Source: Candidatus Latescibacterota bacterium
GTDB taxonomy: Bacteria > Latescibacterota > UBA2968 > UBA8231
Direction: 5' to 3'
Assembly (NCBI GenBank): GCA_965248355.1
Contig: OZ252098.1
Coordinates: 704,001-768,000 of the forward strand
DNA length: 64,000 nt
Below the pieces are notes generated by a model. It had not been told where the DNA came from, made no database searches, and saw only the letters and a list, made by a program, of their open reading frames with translations. Made by a program: the position numbers and the translations under genes. Shown here piece by piece: positions 10,298 through 18,837 of the stretch; within the stretch, counting starts at the first letter, position 1, and each line of letters begins with the position of its first letter.

Positions 10298-11545
10298 GTG
10301 AAACCCTCGGAACTACGCGAACTGATAGCCGGCGGCGAGAACTCCGGACTGGAGTTCAAGCGGGATGATCTGCGCCCGGAGCAACTGGCTCGGGATGTGG
10401 TGGCGCTAGCCAACTTCCAAGGGGGCCGCGTCCTTCTCGGCGTGGAAGACGACGGCGCCATCACCGGTATACGGAGAACAGATCTCGAACAATGGGTGAT
10501 GGACTCCGTGTTCGGGCGCCTGGTTCATCCGATGATACTGCCGTTCTACGAGGAAGTTCCGGTCGATGCTGTTCGCCGAGTCGCGGTTGTCACTGTCACC
10601 CAGGGGGCCACCAAACCCTACGTCGTCCGGCATCGCGGCGGAGAAGAGATCTACATACGGGTCGGCAGCACCTCCCGGCGAGCCTCGCGTGAGCAGCAGG
10701 CGCGCCTCTTCGCGGCCGGTGGGTTGATTCACACGGAGCTGTTGCCCGTTTCCGGCAGCGGCCTGTGCGATCTGAGCCGGGAACGGCTGGCGGATTATCT
10801 CACCGCCATCGTCCGCGACCGGGAAGTGCCGGAGGACGACGAGACATGGAACGAGCGGCTCTGCGCGCTGGGATTCATGGCCGAGCGGGAAGACGGCCCG
10901 CCCGTCTGTACGATCGCCGGATTGATCCTGTTCGGCTACCGGCCCCGCCGCCTCCTGCGCCATGCCGGCATCCGCTGGATGTGCTTTGAGGGGCAGGAGA
11001 AGAGCTACGATGCCCTCGACGATCAAGTGATCGAAGGGCCGCTCGTCGATCTTTGGCAGGTGCTCTCAGGGGGGCGTGAACTGGTGGAGAAGGGACTGAT
11101 CGAACGCCTTGCCGATGCGATGCGGCCCTTCGTATCGGAGGAGGCCGGCCAGGTCGCAGAATCGATGCGCCGGGAACGACGCTGGCACTATCCGCTGGAA
11201 GCGCTGCGCGAAGGCGTTGTAAACGCTCTCACTCACCGGGACTGGACGCGGTACGAGGAGATCGAGGTGGTCCGCTACTCGGACCGGTTGGAGATACTCA
11301 GCCCCGGCGCGCTGCAGAACGGCATGACCGTCGAGAAAATGGTCGCCGGCCAGCGGGTGCCCCGCAATCTGCTCATCTCCGAGACCTTGCGGGACTACAG
11401 CTATTCCGATGCGCGCGGCATGGGGGTGCGGAACAAGATCATCCCGTTGATGCGGGCCCACAACGGCGTCGACCCGGAGTTCGAGGCGACGGAGGACTAC
11501 CTGCGGTTGACGCTGAGGCGGGGGTCGGGCAAGGGTTCAGCATGA
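10298..11545 (+). CDS. AlbA_2 (Schlafen-like) domain plus HATPase_c_4 ('RecG C-terminal') protein
   Basis: GENSGLEFKRD, VVALANFQGGRVLLGVEDDG, ALREGVVNALTHRDW, ILSPG, RN..I, RGMG. Confidence 0.88.
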   Translation: MKPSELRELIAGGENSGLEFKRDDLRPEQLARDVVALANFQGGRVLLGVEDDGAITGIRRTDLEQWVMDSVFGRLVHPMILPFYEEVPVDAVRRVAVVTVTQGATKPYVVRHRGGEEIYIRVGSTSRRASREQQARLFAAGGLIHTELLPVSGSGLCDLSRERLADYLTAIVRDREVPEDDETWNERLCALGFMAEREDGPPVCTIAGLILFGYRPRRLLRHAGIRWMCFEGQEKSYDALDDQVIEGPLVDLWQVLSGGRELVEKGLIERLADAMRPFVSEEAGQVAESMRRERRWHYPLEALREGVVNALTHRDWTRYEEIEVVRYSDRLEILSPGALQNGMTVEKMVAGQRVPRNLLISETLRDYSYSDARGMGVRNKIIPLMRAHNGVDPEFEATEDYLRLTLRRGSGKGSA

Positions 11546-11783
11546 GTGGACGTCGGAGCGCGGACAGTCGGTTCCGATCCCACTGTCCCGAGGGCCTTGA
11601 TGACGAGTGAACGCAAGACGCACTCGGCTGGGGCCCGTGTGAGCATGGACGATCGCGGCTGAATGCTGGGAGAATGTCGCCATCGAGAGGCTGTGGCGCT
11701 CCTTCCGTACCCCCGCTCGGTCCCCTCGCTGAGCCGCGCACGGCCAGCTTTCCGTGGGCGAAGGCATGATCTCGTCCGGGAAA

Positions 11784-11811
11784 TTGACCAAGGACTTGCT
11801 CCGCCTATTAT
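11784..11811 (+). promoter_or_regulatory. Candidate sigma70 promoter, probably the original promoter of the SNF2 operon
   Basis: TTGACC-N16-TATTAT, about 65 bp before the IS256 target site that contains the helicase ATG. Confidence 0.4.
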
Positions 11812-12701
11812 CTGGTACCGAAGTCTTTCAGCTACGCGGCGCGACGATAGACTGCCGGGATTGGTCTGCTGCTCCATGCCTAGGGCAAGTCCCATTTTCA
11901 GTTGAAACGTAGCCCAGGCTCGAGTGGATGAGTCAGCCCGTCATCGCGAGCTGTTTGAGGCCGAGTTCGGCTTGGAGCGCTTGTCGGAGCATCGGCAGGT
12001 GGTGGTAACCGTTGATCCGGCGCAGGCGAGGTTCGATGTCGAGCAACGCCGTGGCGACCCAGCGGTGACGCTGCGACGAGTTCGTCCAGCGCCGCACGTT
12101 GTGCGTCAACTGCTCCAGGAGACTGTTGACGTTCTCGATACAGTTGGTGGTACGGAAGGAGGCCTTCAGCATCGGCATCAGGCCCAGGCGGTGGAGCGTG
12201 AGGGTTTCTTGCTGGCCTTCCTCCAAGCTGCGCAGGGCCGACTGGTTCATCAACTGCAACCCCGGTTTCAGCGCCTCCAGGGCGGCTTGGGCCTCCTCGT
12301 ACGTCGAGTGCCCATACGCCGCTTCCAGCTTTCGACGAAGGCCGGCCTGCTCGCTCTTGGGCAGGTACGAGACCACGTTCTGGCGCTTGTGATACTGGCA
12401 TCGCTGCACGCAGGCATGGCCCTGGAGCACCGACCGCACTGCCTTGTACAGGCCCTTGCCTCCATCGATCACCACGAGCAGCCCGGCCTCGTATTGCAGG
12501 CCCCGCTCGACCAACTCCGCCAGGAAGCGACGACAGACGCGCTCGTTCTCGGTCGCCGCCTGCACGAAACCCAGAGGGATCTTGTGTCCTTCCACAGTGA
12601 CGCCCAGGGCGATGAGGATTTCCTCGTCGGCAAAGCTCTTGCCGTCCAGAAACAGCGCCACCAGGTCGTAGCCTTCCAGGGATCGCTGCTGGAATTCGGC
12701 C

Positions 12702-14257
12702 GGGTGTAGCCTTCACTTTACGCAGATTGTCGATAAAAGGGGGACCCCAAGTCCGGGCACGAATGTATCTTTGGGTGTAAGGACTTACGCCCAAACCCGG
12801 AAAGGGGTCCCTGATGGAAGATACGAAGGATTTTCACGCTCGCCTGACAAAGTTCGAGGAAAATGTCCTCCAGTGGGAGCATCGCCCGCAATCCCCGGAG
12901 GCCGGCCCGGAGGACTTTCGCGAGAGGGTGAGCGAGTTGCGAGATGCTTTGGACGACCTCGGTCGAATCGGTTTCCAACGGCTGGCGCAGGCGTGCGAGA
13001 TCGCCGACGACACCGTGGTCCACCACGGTCGGGTCTACCGGTTCAAGCAAGTGGTCCACAAGGAATGGATGACCCTGTGGGGCAAGGTCCAGGTGCCGCG
13101 TCGGCTGTATCAGCCCGATCGGGGCGGCCCCAGCCGGGTGCCCTTGGATGAGCGCTGCGGCATGGTCCACCGATTCATGGTGCCGGCGCTGGAGCGTTTC
13201 ACGGCCTTTCTGGGCGCCCGCCTGGTCCCGGCCGAAGTCGAGGCCAGCTTGGCCGAGCTGTTGCCGGCGTCCCCGTCGCGCACCGCCATTCAGCATCTGT
13301 TGACCACCGTCGGTCAGTACGCCGAGGACCACGCCGAGCAACTCGAGCTGGCCTTGCAGGAGGCGGCGCCCCTAAAGACCGAGGGCGACACCCTGGTGGT
13401 CAGTTGGGACGGCGTCACCGTGCCGCTGCGGGAGCCGGCGCCGAAACGCGGACGGCCCGCCGAACGACCGACGGATCCCGACCCCGACCGCGCGCCCACC
13501 GCCTGGAAGGAGGCCGGGGTAGGGATGGTCGCCACGTATGGGACGCCGCTGGACCCGGCGACGGAAGACCCCCAACGCGTCGATGTGCGCTACGCCGCGC
13601 GCATGCCGGAGCCCAAGATGAAGACCCTGGTCCACGGCTTGGTGGAGGAGACGGCCCGGGCCCTGCAGCGGGGGGAGTATGACCACCGGGTGGTGTTGGC
13701 CGACGGCCAGCGCCAGATCTGGCGCAGCGTGGATCGGCAGCCGGTGTTCGACGGCTTCACCCGGATTCTCGACTTCTATCACGCGGCCCACCACCTGTCA
13801 AAGGCCGCCGAGCCCCTCTTCGGCAAGCGGTCGTCGAAAGCGGCTCGCTGGTACCGATCCTGGCGGCACAAACTGCGTCATGAGCCCGGGGCCGTTCAGG
13901 GCCTGATCCGCTCCCTGGCCTACCACCGCCGCAACCTTCGTCCCGGCTCCCAACGCCATCGTCAGGTGACCACCGAGCTGGGCTACTTCCGGAACAACCG
14001 GGACAAGATGGACTACGCGCGCTATCGCGCTTCGGGGTTGATCCTCTCCAGTGGTCCCGTGGAGGCCGCCGCCAAGACCCTGGTCGGCCATCGACTCAAA
14101 CGCAGCGGCATGCGCTGGACCCGCCAAGGAGGCCAGCAGATCCTCAATCTACGAGTCCACGTGCAATCCCAACGATGGGAGGCCTTCTGGAACTGGTACC
14201 TCCATCAGACTACACAACAGACCGACAAGACGGCTGCGTAAAACCGAGGCTACACCC
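12702..14257 (+). mobile_element. ISKra4/ISLre2-like insertion sequence
   Basis: 24-bp TIRs GGGTGTAGCCT-N4-TTTACGCAG; 8-bp TSD ATTCGGCC at 12694-12701 and 14258-14265. Confidence 0.92.
12814..14241 (+). CDS. ISKra4/UPF0236-type DDE transposase
   Basis: SWDG, LADG..IW, ILDFYHA..HL, SSGPVEAA.K...RLKRSGMRW. Confidence 0.85.
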   Translation: MEDTKDFHARLTKFEENVLQWEHRPQSPEAGPEDFRERVSELRDALDDLGRIGFQRLAQACEIADDTVVHHGRVYRFKQVVHKEWMTLWGKVQVPRRLYQPDRGGPSRVPLDERCGMVHRFMVPALERFTAFLGARLVPAEVEASLAELLPASPSRTAIQHLLTTVGQYAEDHAEQLELALQEAAPLKTEGDTLVVSWDGVTVPLREPAPKRGRPAERPTDPDPDRAPTAWKEAGVGMVATYGTPLDPATEDPQRVDVRYAARMPEPKMKTLVHGLVEETARALQRGEYDHRVVLADGQRQIWRSVDRQPVFDGFTRILDFYHAAHHLSKAAEPLFGKRSSKAARWYRSWRHKLRHEPGAVQGLIRSLAYHRRNLRPGSQRHRQVTTELGYFRNNRDKMDYARYRASGLILSSGPVEAAAKTLVGHRLKRSGMRWTRQGGQQILNLRVHVQSQRWEAFWNWYLHQTTQQTDKTAA

Positions 14258-14872
14258 ATTCGGCCAGCTTGCGCGCCGTGCCTTTCACATACCGGCGAGA
14301 GACCGAGGAACGGGACAGACCGAAGGCTTGCGGGACGGTCTCGGCGCAGGCCTCGTAGTTGCGCGTGGCCAGGCCCTTCAGCACCCGCAACAACAGCCCC
14401 TGATCCATCTGCCTCGGCGTCTGCAGGGCCTGGTAGGCCTCCAGCGGGACCTCGGTGCCGCGGACCACATCGCGCACGCGCGGCACCTCGACCGGCAGTT
14501 TCTGATCGCCCAGGTACACCGACCCGGCCTGCGCCCCCCAGCGGCGCAACGGCTGATCCGGCCCCTTGCGCTGATACCGAGGTCCGGCCAGGGCCTCCAC
14601 GCCCCGTCGCAGCTCCTCCCCAACCGCCTGCAGCCCCAGGGGGATCAGCAGCTGGATGATCTCGATGCGAGTCTCCAGATCGTCCATCGACGCGGTGGCT
14701 TGGCGGTTCACGGGGCCGATGGTCACGGTCCGTTTGACGCCCCTTTTCCGTGCTTGTAGCTTGCTCATGGCAGGCTCCTTGGGTTACCGAATACGAGGCT
14801 TCTTGGCGATTTCTCGTATCAAACGTAACGATGGGAGCCTGTGTTATTTCAACTAAGATCGGGACAATGCCC

Positions 14873-17848
14873 ATGCCTATGCACCCCATCCATCGCCGTT
14901 ACCACGCAGAAGAGTTGGTCCGCCTCCGGCGCGCTGGGGAACGTCGAAGGCAGGTAGCGTCACAACGCCGTGGGCGGATCGACCCCAACCCGCACCAGAT
15001 CGACGCCGTGATGTTCGCGCTCCGCCGCATCCCAGAGGGCGGCTGCATCCTCGCGGACGAGGTCGGGCTCGGCAAGACCATCGAAGCCGGCCTCGTCATC
15101 GCGCAACTGCTGGCAGAGGGGGCCACGCGGATTCTCATCATCTTGCCGCGCCCTCTACTCGGACAGTGGCACCAGGAACTCTACACGCTTTTCGGCATTG
15201 AGGCCGTCGAGGCGACGGATGCCGCTGTGGACATTGCAGGCTCCGGCGTGTTCCTCGTCGGGCGGGAATACGCAGGCGGTAACGCGGGGTTCGAACGCCT
15301 ACGGGGATCCCCGCCGTTCGATCTCTGTCTGATCGACGAAGCCCACGAGGTATTCGCGGGTATCCACCGTCGGTTCGACCGCGACGGAGTTTACGACGAA
15401 GACAGCCGATACGCGCGCACGGCGCATCGGGTGCGAAAAATCATCGGCGCGTCACCGGTACTGCTGCTGACCGCGACGCCAATTCAGAATACGCTCGCCG
15501 AATTGTGGGCGCTTGTCCAATACGTTGATCGTACCGGCACGCTGCTCGGCGCGAAACCCGTGTTCGAAGGTCTTTTCTGCTCCGGCGGCGATGGCCGCGG
15601 CGTCGCTGCGGAACAGGCTCAGGAACTCAAGCGCCGGCTCGGCACCGTCGTTCAACGCACGCTGCGCCGCCAAGCTCAGGATTTCCTTGACAAGCCGTTC
15701 GTCGGCCGCCGGGCTCAGCTCTTCGAGTATCGCATGAGTCCGGCCGAGCGGGCCCTGTACGACGATGTCATCGGGTATCTGTTGAGCCCCAGGCTGTATG
15801 CTTTTCACGGCCGTTCGCGGCAGTTGCTCCTGCTCGGCTTCCACCGACGCATGGCGTCTTCCACGGTCGCGCTGGCCACGAGTCTCGATCGTGTAGCGGA
15901 CCGATTGCGGGCCATGTTGGAGGGCAGCACAGAACAGGGCACGGGTGCTGTTTTTGCGGAAGATCTCGAAGACGATCCGATGGAGGCGCCGGCAAACGAC
16001 AACGTCGACCCGCAAGTCACCGAAGCGGCCAGAGTGACGGCGTTGGACGGCGCCGCGGTGTGCGGAGAGTTGGCGCTCGTGGAAGACTTCGCGCGGCGAG
16101 CCCACGCGCTGCCTCGGGACAGCAAGGCCCAAAGCTTGGTTACTGCGGTGCGCCTCGTCATGGACCGCCCCGAGGATCGGCGCAAGGTGGTGATCTTCAC
16201 GGAATCGCTTACCACTCAAGACTACCTGCGTGGGCTACTTCTCGACCAGACAGAACTCGTGGACGGTGACATCACACTCTTTCGGGGAATCAACGACTCG
16301 CCCCGGGCGCTCACCGCGCTCAAGGTCTGGCGCGAAGAGGTCGAGCCTGACATCGCGCACCACCTACGGCCGAGTCCGACCGTTGCTGTGCGCCTCGCCC
16401 TAGTGCATGAGTTCCGCACACGCTCCGCAGTGCTGATCTCGTCAGAGGCCGGGGCTAAGGGCCTCAACCTGCAGTTCTGCGATACTGTCGTCAACTACGA
16501 TTTGCCGTGGAATCCGCAACGCATTGAGCAGCGCATCGGCCGTTGCCACCGTTACGGTCAGCAGCGCGACGTCACCGTGATCAACTTCCTCGCCAAGGAC
16601 AACGAGGCGGAGCGCCTCACGTTCGACATACTCAGCACCAAACTCGATCTGTTCGGCAAGGTGCTCGACATGTCCGATGTAGTGCTCCAGACGCCGCGCT
16701 CGGATTCGTCCGAGGAGTTGGCCTCGGCGCTCGGCCCGGACTTCGAGGCCGAGGTGCGCCGCATCTGGGACCGGGCGCGGTCGGTGCAGGAGGTCGAGGA
16801 CGAGTTGCGCCGCCTGCGCGACACGCTGGAAGAACGCCGACAAGAACTGGAGCAAGTGCGTGGACGCACGATGGGGCTCATCGAAGAGAGCCTCGACGAG
16901 TCCGTGCGCGAAGTCTTCTGCCGCATCCAATCCGACCTGCCGGCAACCCTCGCCGAACTCGATGAGGAACTCGAGCGCGTGCTAACAGCCTATCTCAATG
17001 CAGCGGGCGTTGCCTGGGGTGCCTCTGAGCGAAACGGGCGCCGGGTGTTCCACATCGGAGCTTCTCGGCGCCTCCCAAGGCACACTGCCGCTGGCGTGAC
17101 GGTGGCCCTCGGCTCTGCGCGTGATCTTGCCGACATCGAGTCGCTGCACCTCGCCCATCCGCTGATCGAAGCTGCGGTCGCCGAAGCCCGCCGGGCTGGC
17201 GCTGGCGCTTTCCGTGTTCGTTTCCGTCTCGGCGCCGACGCTCCCGAAGTATTGCGGCGGCATCTTGGCGCTCGTGGCCGCTTGGCGCTGACGAAGGTCA
17301 TCCATCGCGGTTTCGAGGCGGAGGATCGGCTCCGCGTTACAGCCGTGTTCGAAGATGCGGAAGTCCTGCGTCCGGCGGAGGCGGCACTTGATCTGCTGCA
17401 CCAACATGCCGAAGACGTGGGTGTCTTCGATCCGCCGCTCGCTGTGACCGCCGAACACTTGGACGAGGTAGTCGGCGAGGAGATGTTTCTCGATCACTGC
17501 GTGGTCGCGCCCGGCGACCGCTCGGCCTTTGAGGAGGCCATGGACCAGCTCGACCAGTTCGTTGCCGACCGTGTCCTGGTATTGCGCCGGCTCCGGGACC
17601 AACACGCTAAGCGCCTCGCCGCCGCCGAGCACCAGCGTGATCGGGCACTAGGTTTGGACAACCGGAAAAAGGCAGAGGCGCGTATACGCGCCGAGGAGAC
17701 CAGGATCGATGAACTTGACGCGCAGGTCGCGCAACTTGCCGCGCGCGAAGACGACACGTACCGACGCTGGAAGGAGGCCGCGCACCGTCGCCGCTTTCAG
17801 CGTCCGGAAACAGAGCGGCTGCTGACGGCGGAGTTTGTTATCGAGTGA
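14873..17848 (+). CDS. SNF2/SWI2-family helicase with C-terminal coiled coil
   Basis: PNPHQ, LADEVGLGKTIEAG, IDEAH, LLTATP, EAGAKGLNLQ, YDLPWNPQRIEQRIGRCHRYGQ. Confidence 0.92.
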   Translation: MPMHPIHRRYHAEELVRLRRAGERRRQVASQRRGRIDPNPHQIDAVMFALRRIPEGGCILADEVGLGKTIEAGLVIAQLLAEGATRILIILPRPLLGQWHQELYTLFGIEAVEATDAAVDIAGSGVFLVGREYAGGNAGFERLRGSPPFDLCLIDEAHEVFAGIHRRFDRDGVYDEDSRYARTAHRVRKIIGASPVLLLTATPIQNTLAELWALVQYVDRTGTLLGAKPVFEGLFCSGGDGRGVAAEQAQELKRRLGTVVQRTLRRQAQDFLDKPFVGRRAQLFEYRMSPAERALYDDVIGYLLSPRLYAFHGRSRQLLLLGFHRRMASSTVALATSLDRVADRLRAMLEGSTEQGTGAVFAEDLEDDPMEAPANDNVDPQVTEAARVTALDGAAVCGELALVEDFARRAHALPRDSKAQSLVTAVRLVMDRPEDRRKVVIFTESLTTQDYLRGLLLDQTELVDGDITLFRGINDSPRALTALKVWREEVEPDIAHHLRPSPTVAVRLALVHEFRTRSAVLISSEAGAKGLNLQFCDTVVNYDLPWNPQRIEQRIGRCHRYGQQRDVTVINFLAKDNEAERLTFDILSTKLDLFGKVLDMSDVVLQTPRSDSSEELASALGPDFEAEVRRIWDRARSVQEVEDELRRLRDTLEERRQELEQVRGRTMGLIEESLDESVREVFCRIQSDLPATLAELDEELERVLTAYLNAAGVAWGASERNGRRVFHIGASRRLPRHTAAGVTVALGSARDLADIESLHLAHPLIEAAVAEARRAGAGAFRVRFRLGADAPEVLRRHLGARGRLALTKVIHRGFEAEDRLRVTAVFEDAEVLRPAEAALDLLHQHAEDVGVFDPPLAVTAEHLDEVVGEEMFLDHCVVAPGDRSAFEEAMDQLDQFVADRVLVLRRLRDQHAKRLAAAEHQRDRALGLDNRKKAEARIRAEETRIDELDAQVAQLAAREDDTYRRWKEAAHRRRFQRPETERLLTAEFVIE

Positions 17849-18837
17849 ACGACGCGGCCGGAAAAGTCCAGGATGCAGAGGAGAGAGACGTGGCGCTGAC
17901 GTTGCTGCACACCGCTGACTGGCACCTCGGCCGCCGCTTTCCCGCGTTCGGCCCCGACCAGGAGCTACGTCTGACCCGGGCCCGCTTGGAGGTCGTCGGC
18001 CGCATTCTGGACTTGGCGGACAGCCGCGCGGTCGATGCAGTGCTCTGCGCCGGCGATCTGTTCGATCAACCGGTGCCGGACCGGGAGTGGTGGGACGGCG
18101 TCCTGAAAGAGTTTCAGCGCCGGGATTGGCAGCGCCCGGTGCTGTTGCTGCCGGGCAACCATGACCCGCTAACACCGCGTTCCCTCTATCACCACGACCA
18201 CCCGTTCCGAACCGGACTACCCGGCTACGTGCACATCGTCGATAGGCCAGGGTGGCAACTGCAGCTCGGCGAGAACGCCGACTACCTCGCCATCGGCGAC
18301 ACCCACGCCTTCCGCGATGTTGAGCCGGACGCGCCTAGGCCCACGGTTTACCCGGGCGCGCCGGAAGCCACCAACTTCGGTGAAAAGAACACATGCAACG
18401 TGGCCATCGTCTTCTTCCCTCTTGATCGCCGTCGCCGTGCCTTAGTCCGGCCCGAAGTGGTTGGCTCCTGGACTTGGCGTGAAACGACCTGCCGGTCTAT
18501 GGCGGAACTGCGCGCGCTCAGCGTGGCACCGGATCTGCGCAGGACCGTGCTGCGCCTGACCCTCGACATGGCATTGCCCATGGCCGAGTACGACGAGGCG
18601 GAGCGCATCCTGGGCGAACTCGGTGGCTCCATGGCCACAACGCCGCGGGTCGGCGTCCTCGTCGTGGACCGCACCGGGCTGCGACTCGCCAAGGATGCAC
18701 CCATCGAGTTCGGCACCGAACTGCCGCCCGTCCTGCTCGCCGCCGTGGGCAGGTTGCAAGCTCACGCCGAGAACGAACCCGCGCTTGCAGAGCGTGCCCT
18801 GCACCATCTTTACCGCTTGGCGCGGGAGACAGGTTGA
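17845..18837 (+). CDS. Mre11/SbcD-like (YhaO) metallophosphoesterase nuclease, probably internally deleted
   Basis: HTADWHLG, AGDLFD, PGNHD, DYLAIGDTH, YPGAPE; no motif-IV His segment; GTGA overlap with the helicase stop. Confidence 0.8.
   Translation: MNDAAGKVQDAEERDVALTLLHTADWHLGRRFPAFGPDQELRLTRARLEVVGRILDLADSRAVDAVLCAGDLFDQPVPDREWWDGVLKEFQRRDWQRPVLLLPGNHDPLTPRSLYHHDHPFRTGLPGYVHIVDRPGWQLQLGENADYLAIGDTHAFRDVEPDAPRPTVYPGAPEATNFGEKNTCNVAIVFFPLDRRRRALVRPEVVGSWTWRETTCRSMAELRALSVAPDLRRTVLRLTLDMALPMAEYDEAERILGELGGSMATTPRVGVLVVDRTGLRLAKDAPIEFGTELPPVLLAAVGRLQAHAENEPALAERALHHLYRLARETG

Larger units (their letters stand above)
11933..14768 (-). pseudogene. IS256-family transposase split into a 5' part (14258-14768) and a 3' part (11933-12701)
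   Basis: Removing 12702-14265 rejoins ...ARKLAE|FQQRSLEGYDLVALFLDGK in frame; DDE motifs LDG, VIDGGKGL, QRCQYHK, RTTNCIE. Confidence 0.9.
11883..14871 (-). mobile_element. IS256-family element, interrupted by a nested IS
   Basis: Imperfect TIRs GGGCAAGTCCCATTTTCAGTTGAAA and (reverse complement) GGCATTGTCCCGATCTTAGTTGAAA; direct repeat CATGCCTA at 11875-11882 and 14872-14879. Confidence 0.9.

Noticed and set aside
11560..11592. Hairpin GGACAGT...ACTGTCC after the AlbA_2 gene
   Set aside because: No U-tract and no second copy; not enough to call a terminator or ncRNA.
14750..14872. N-terminal extension of the SNF2 helicase in the ORF track
   Set aside because: It lies inside the IS256 end; the native start is at the duplicated target site.
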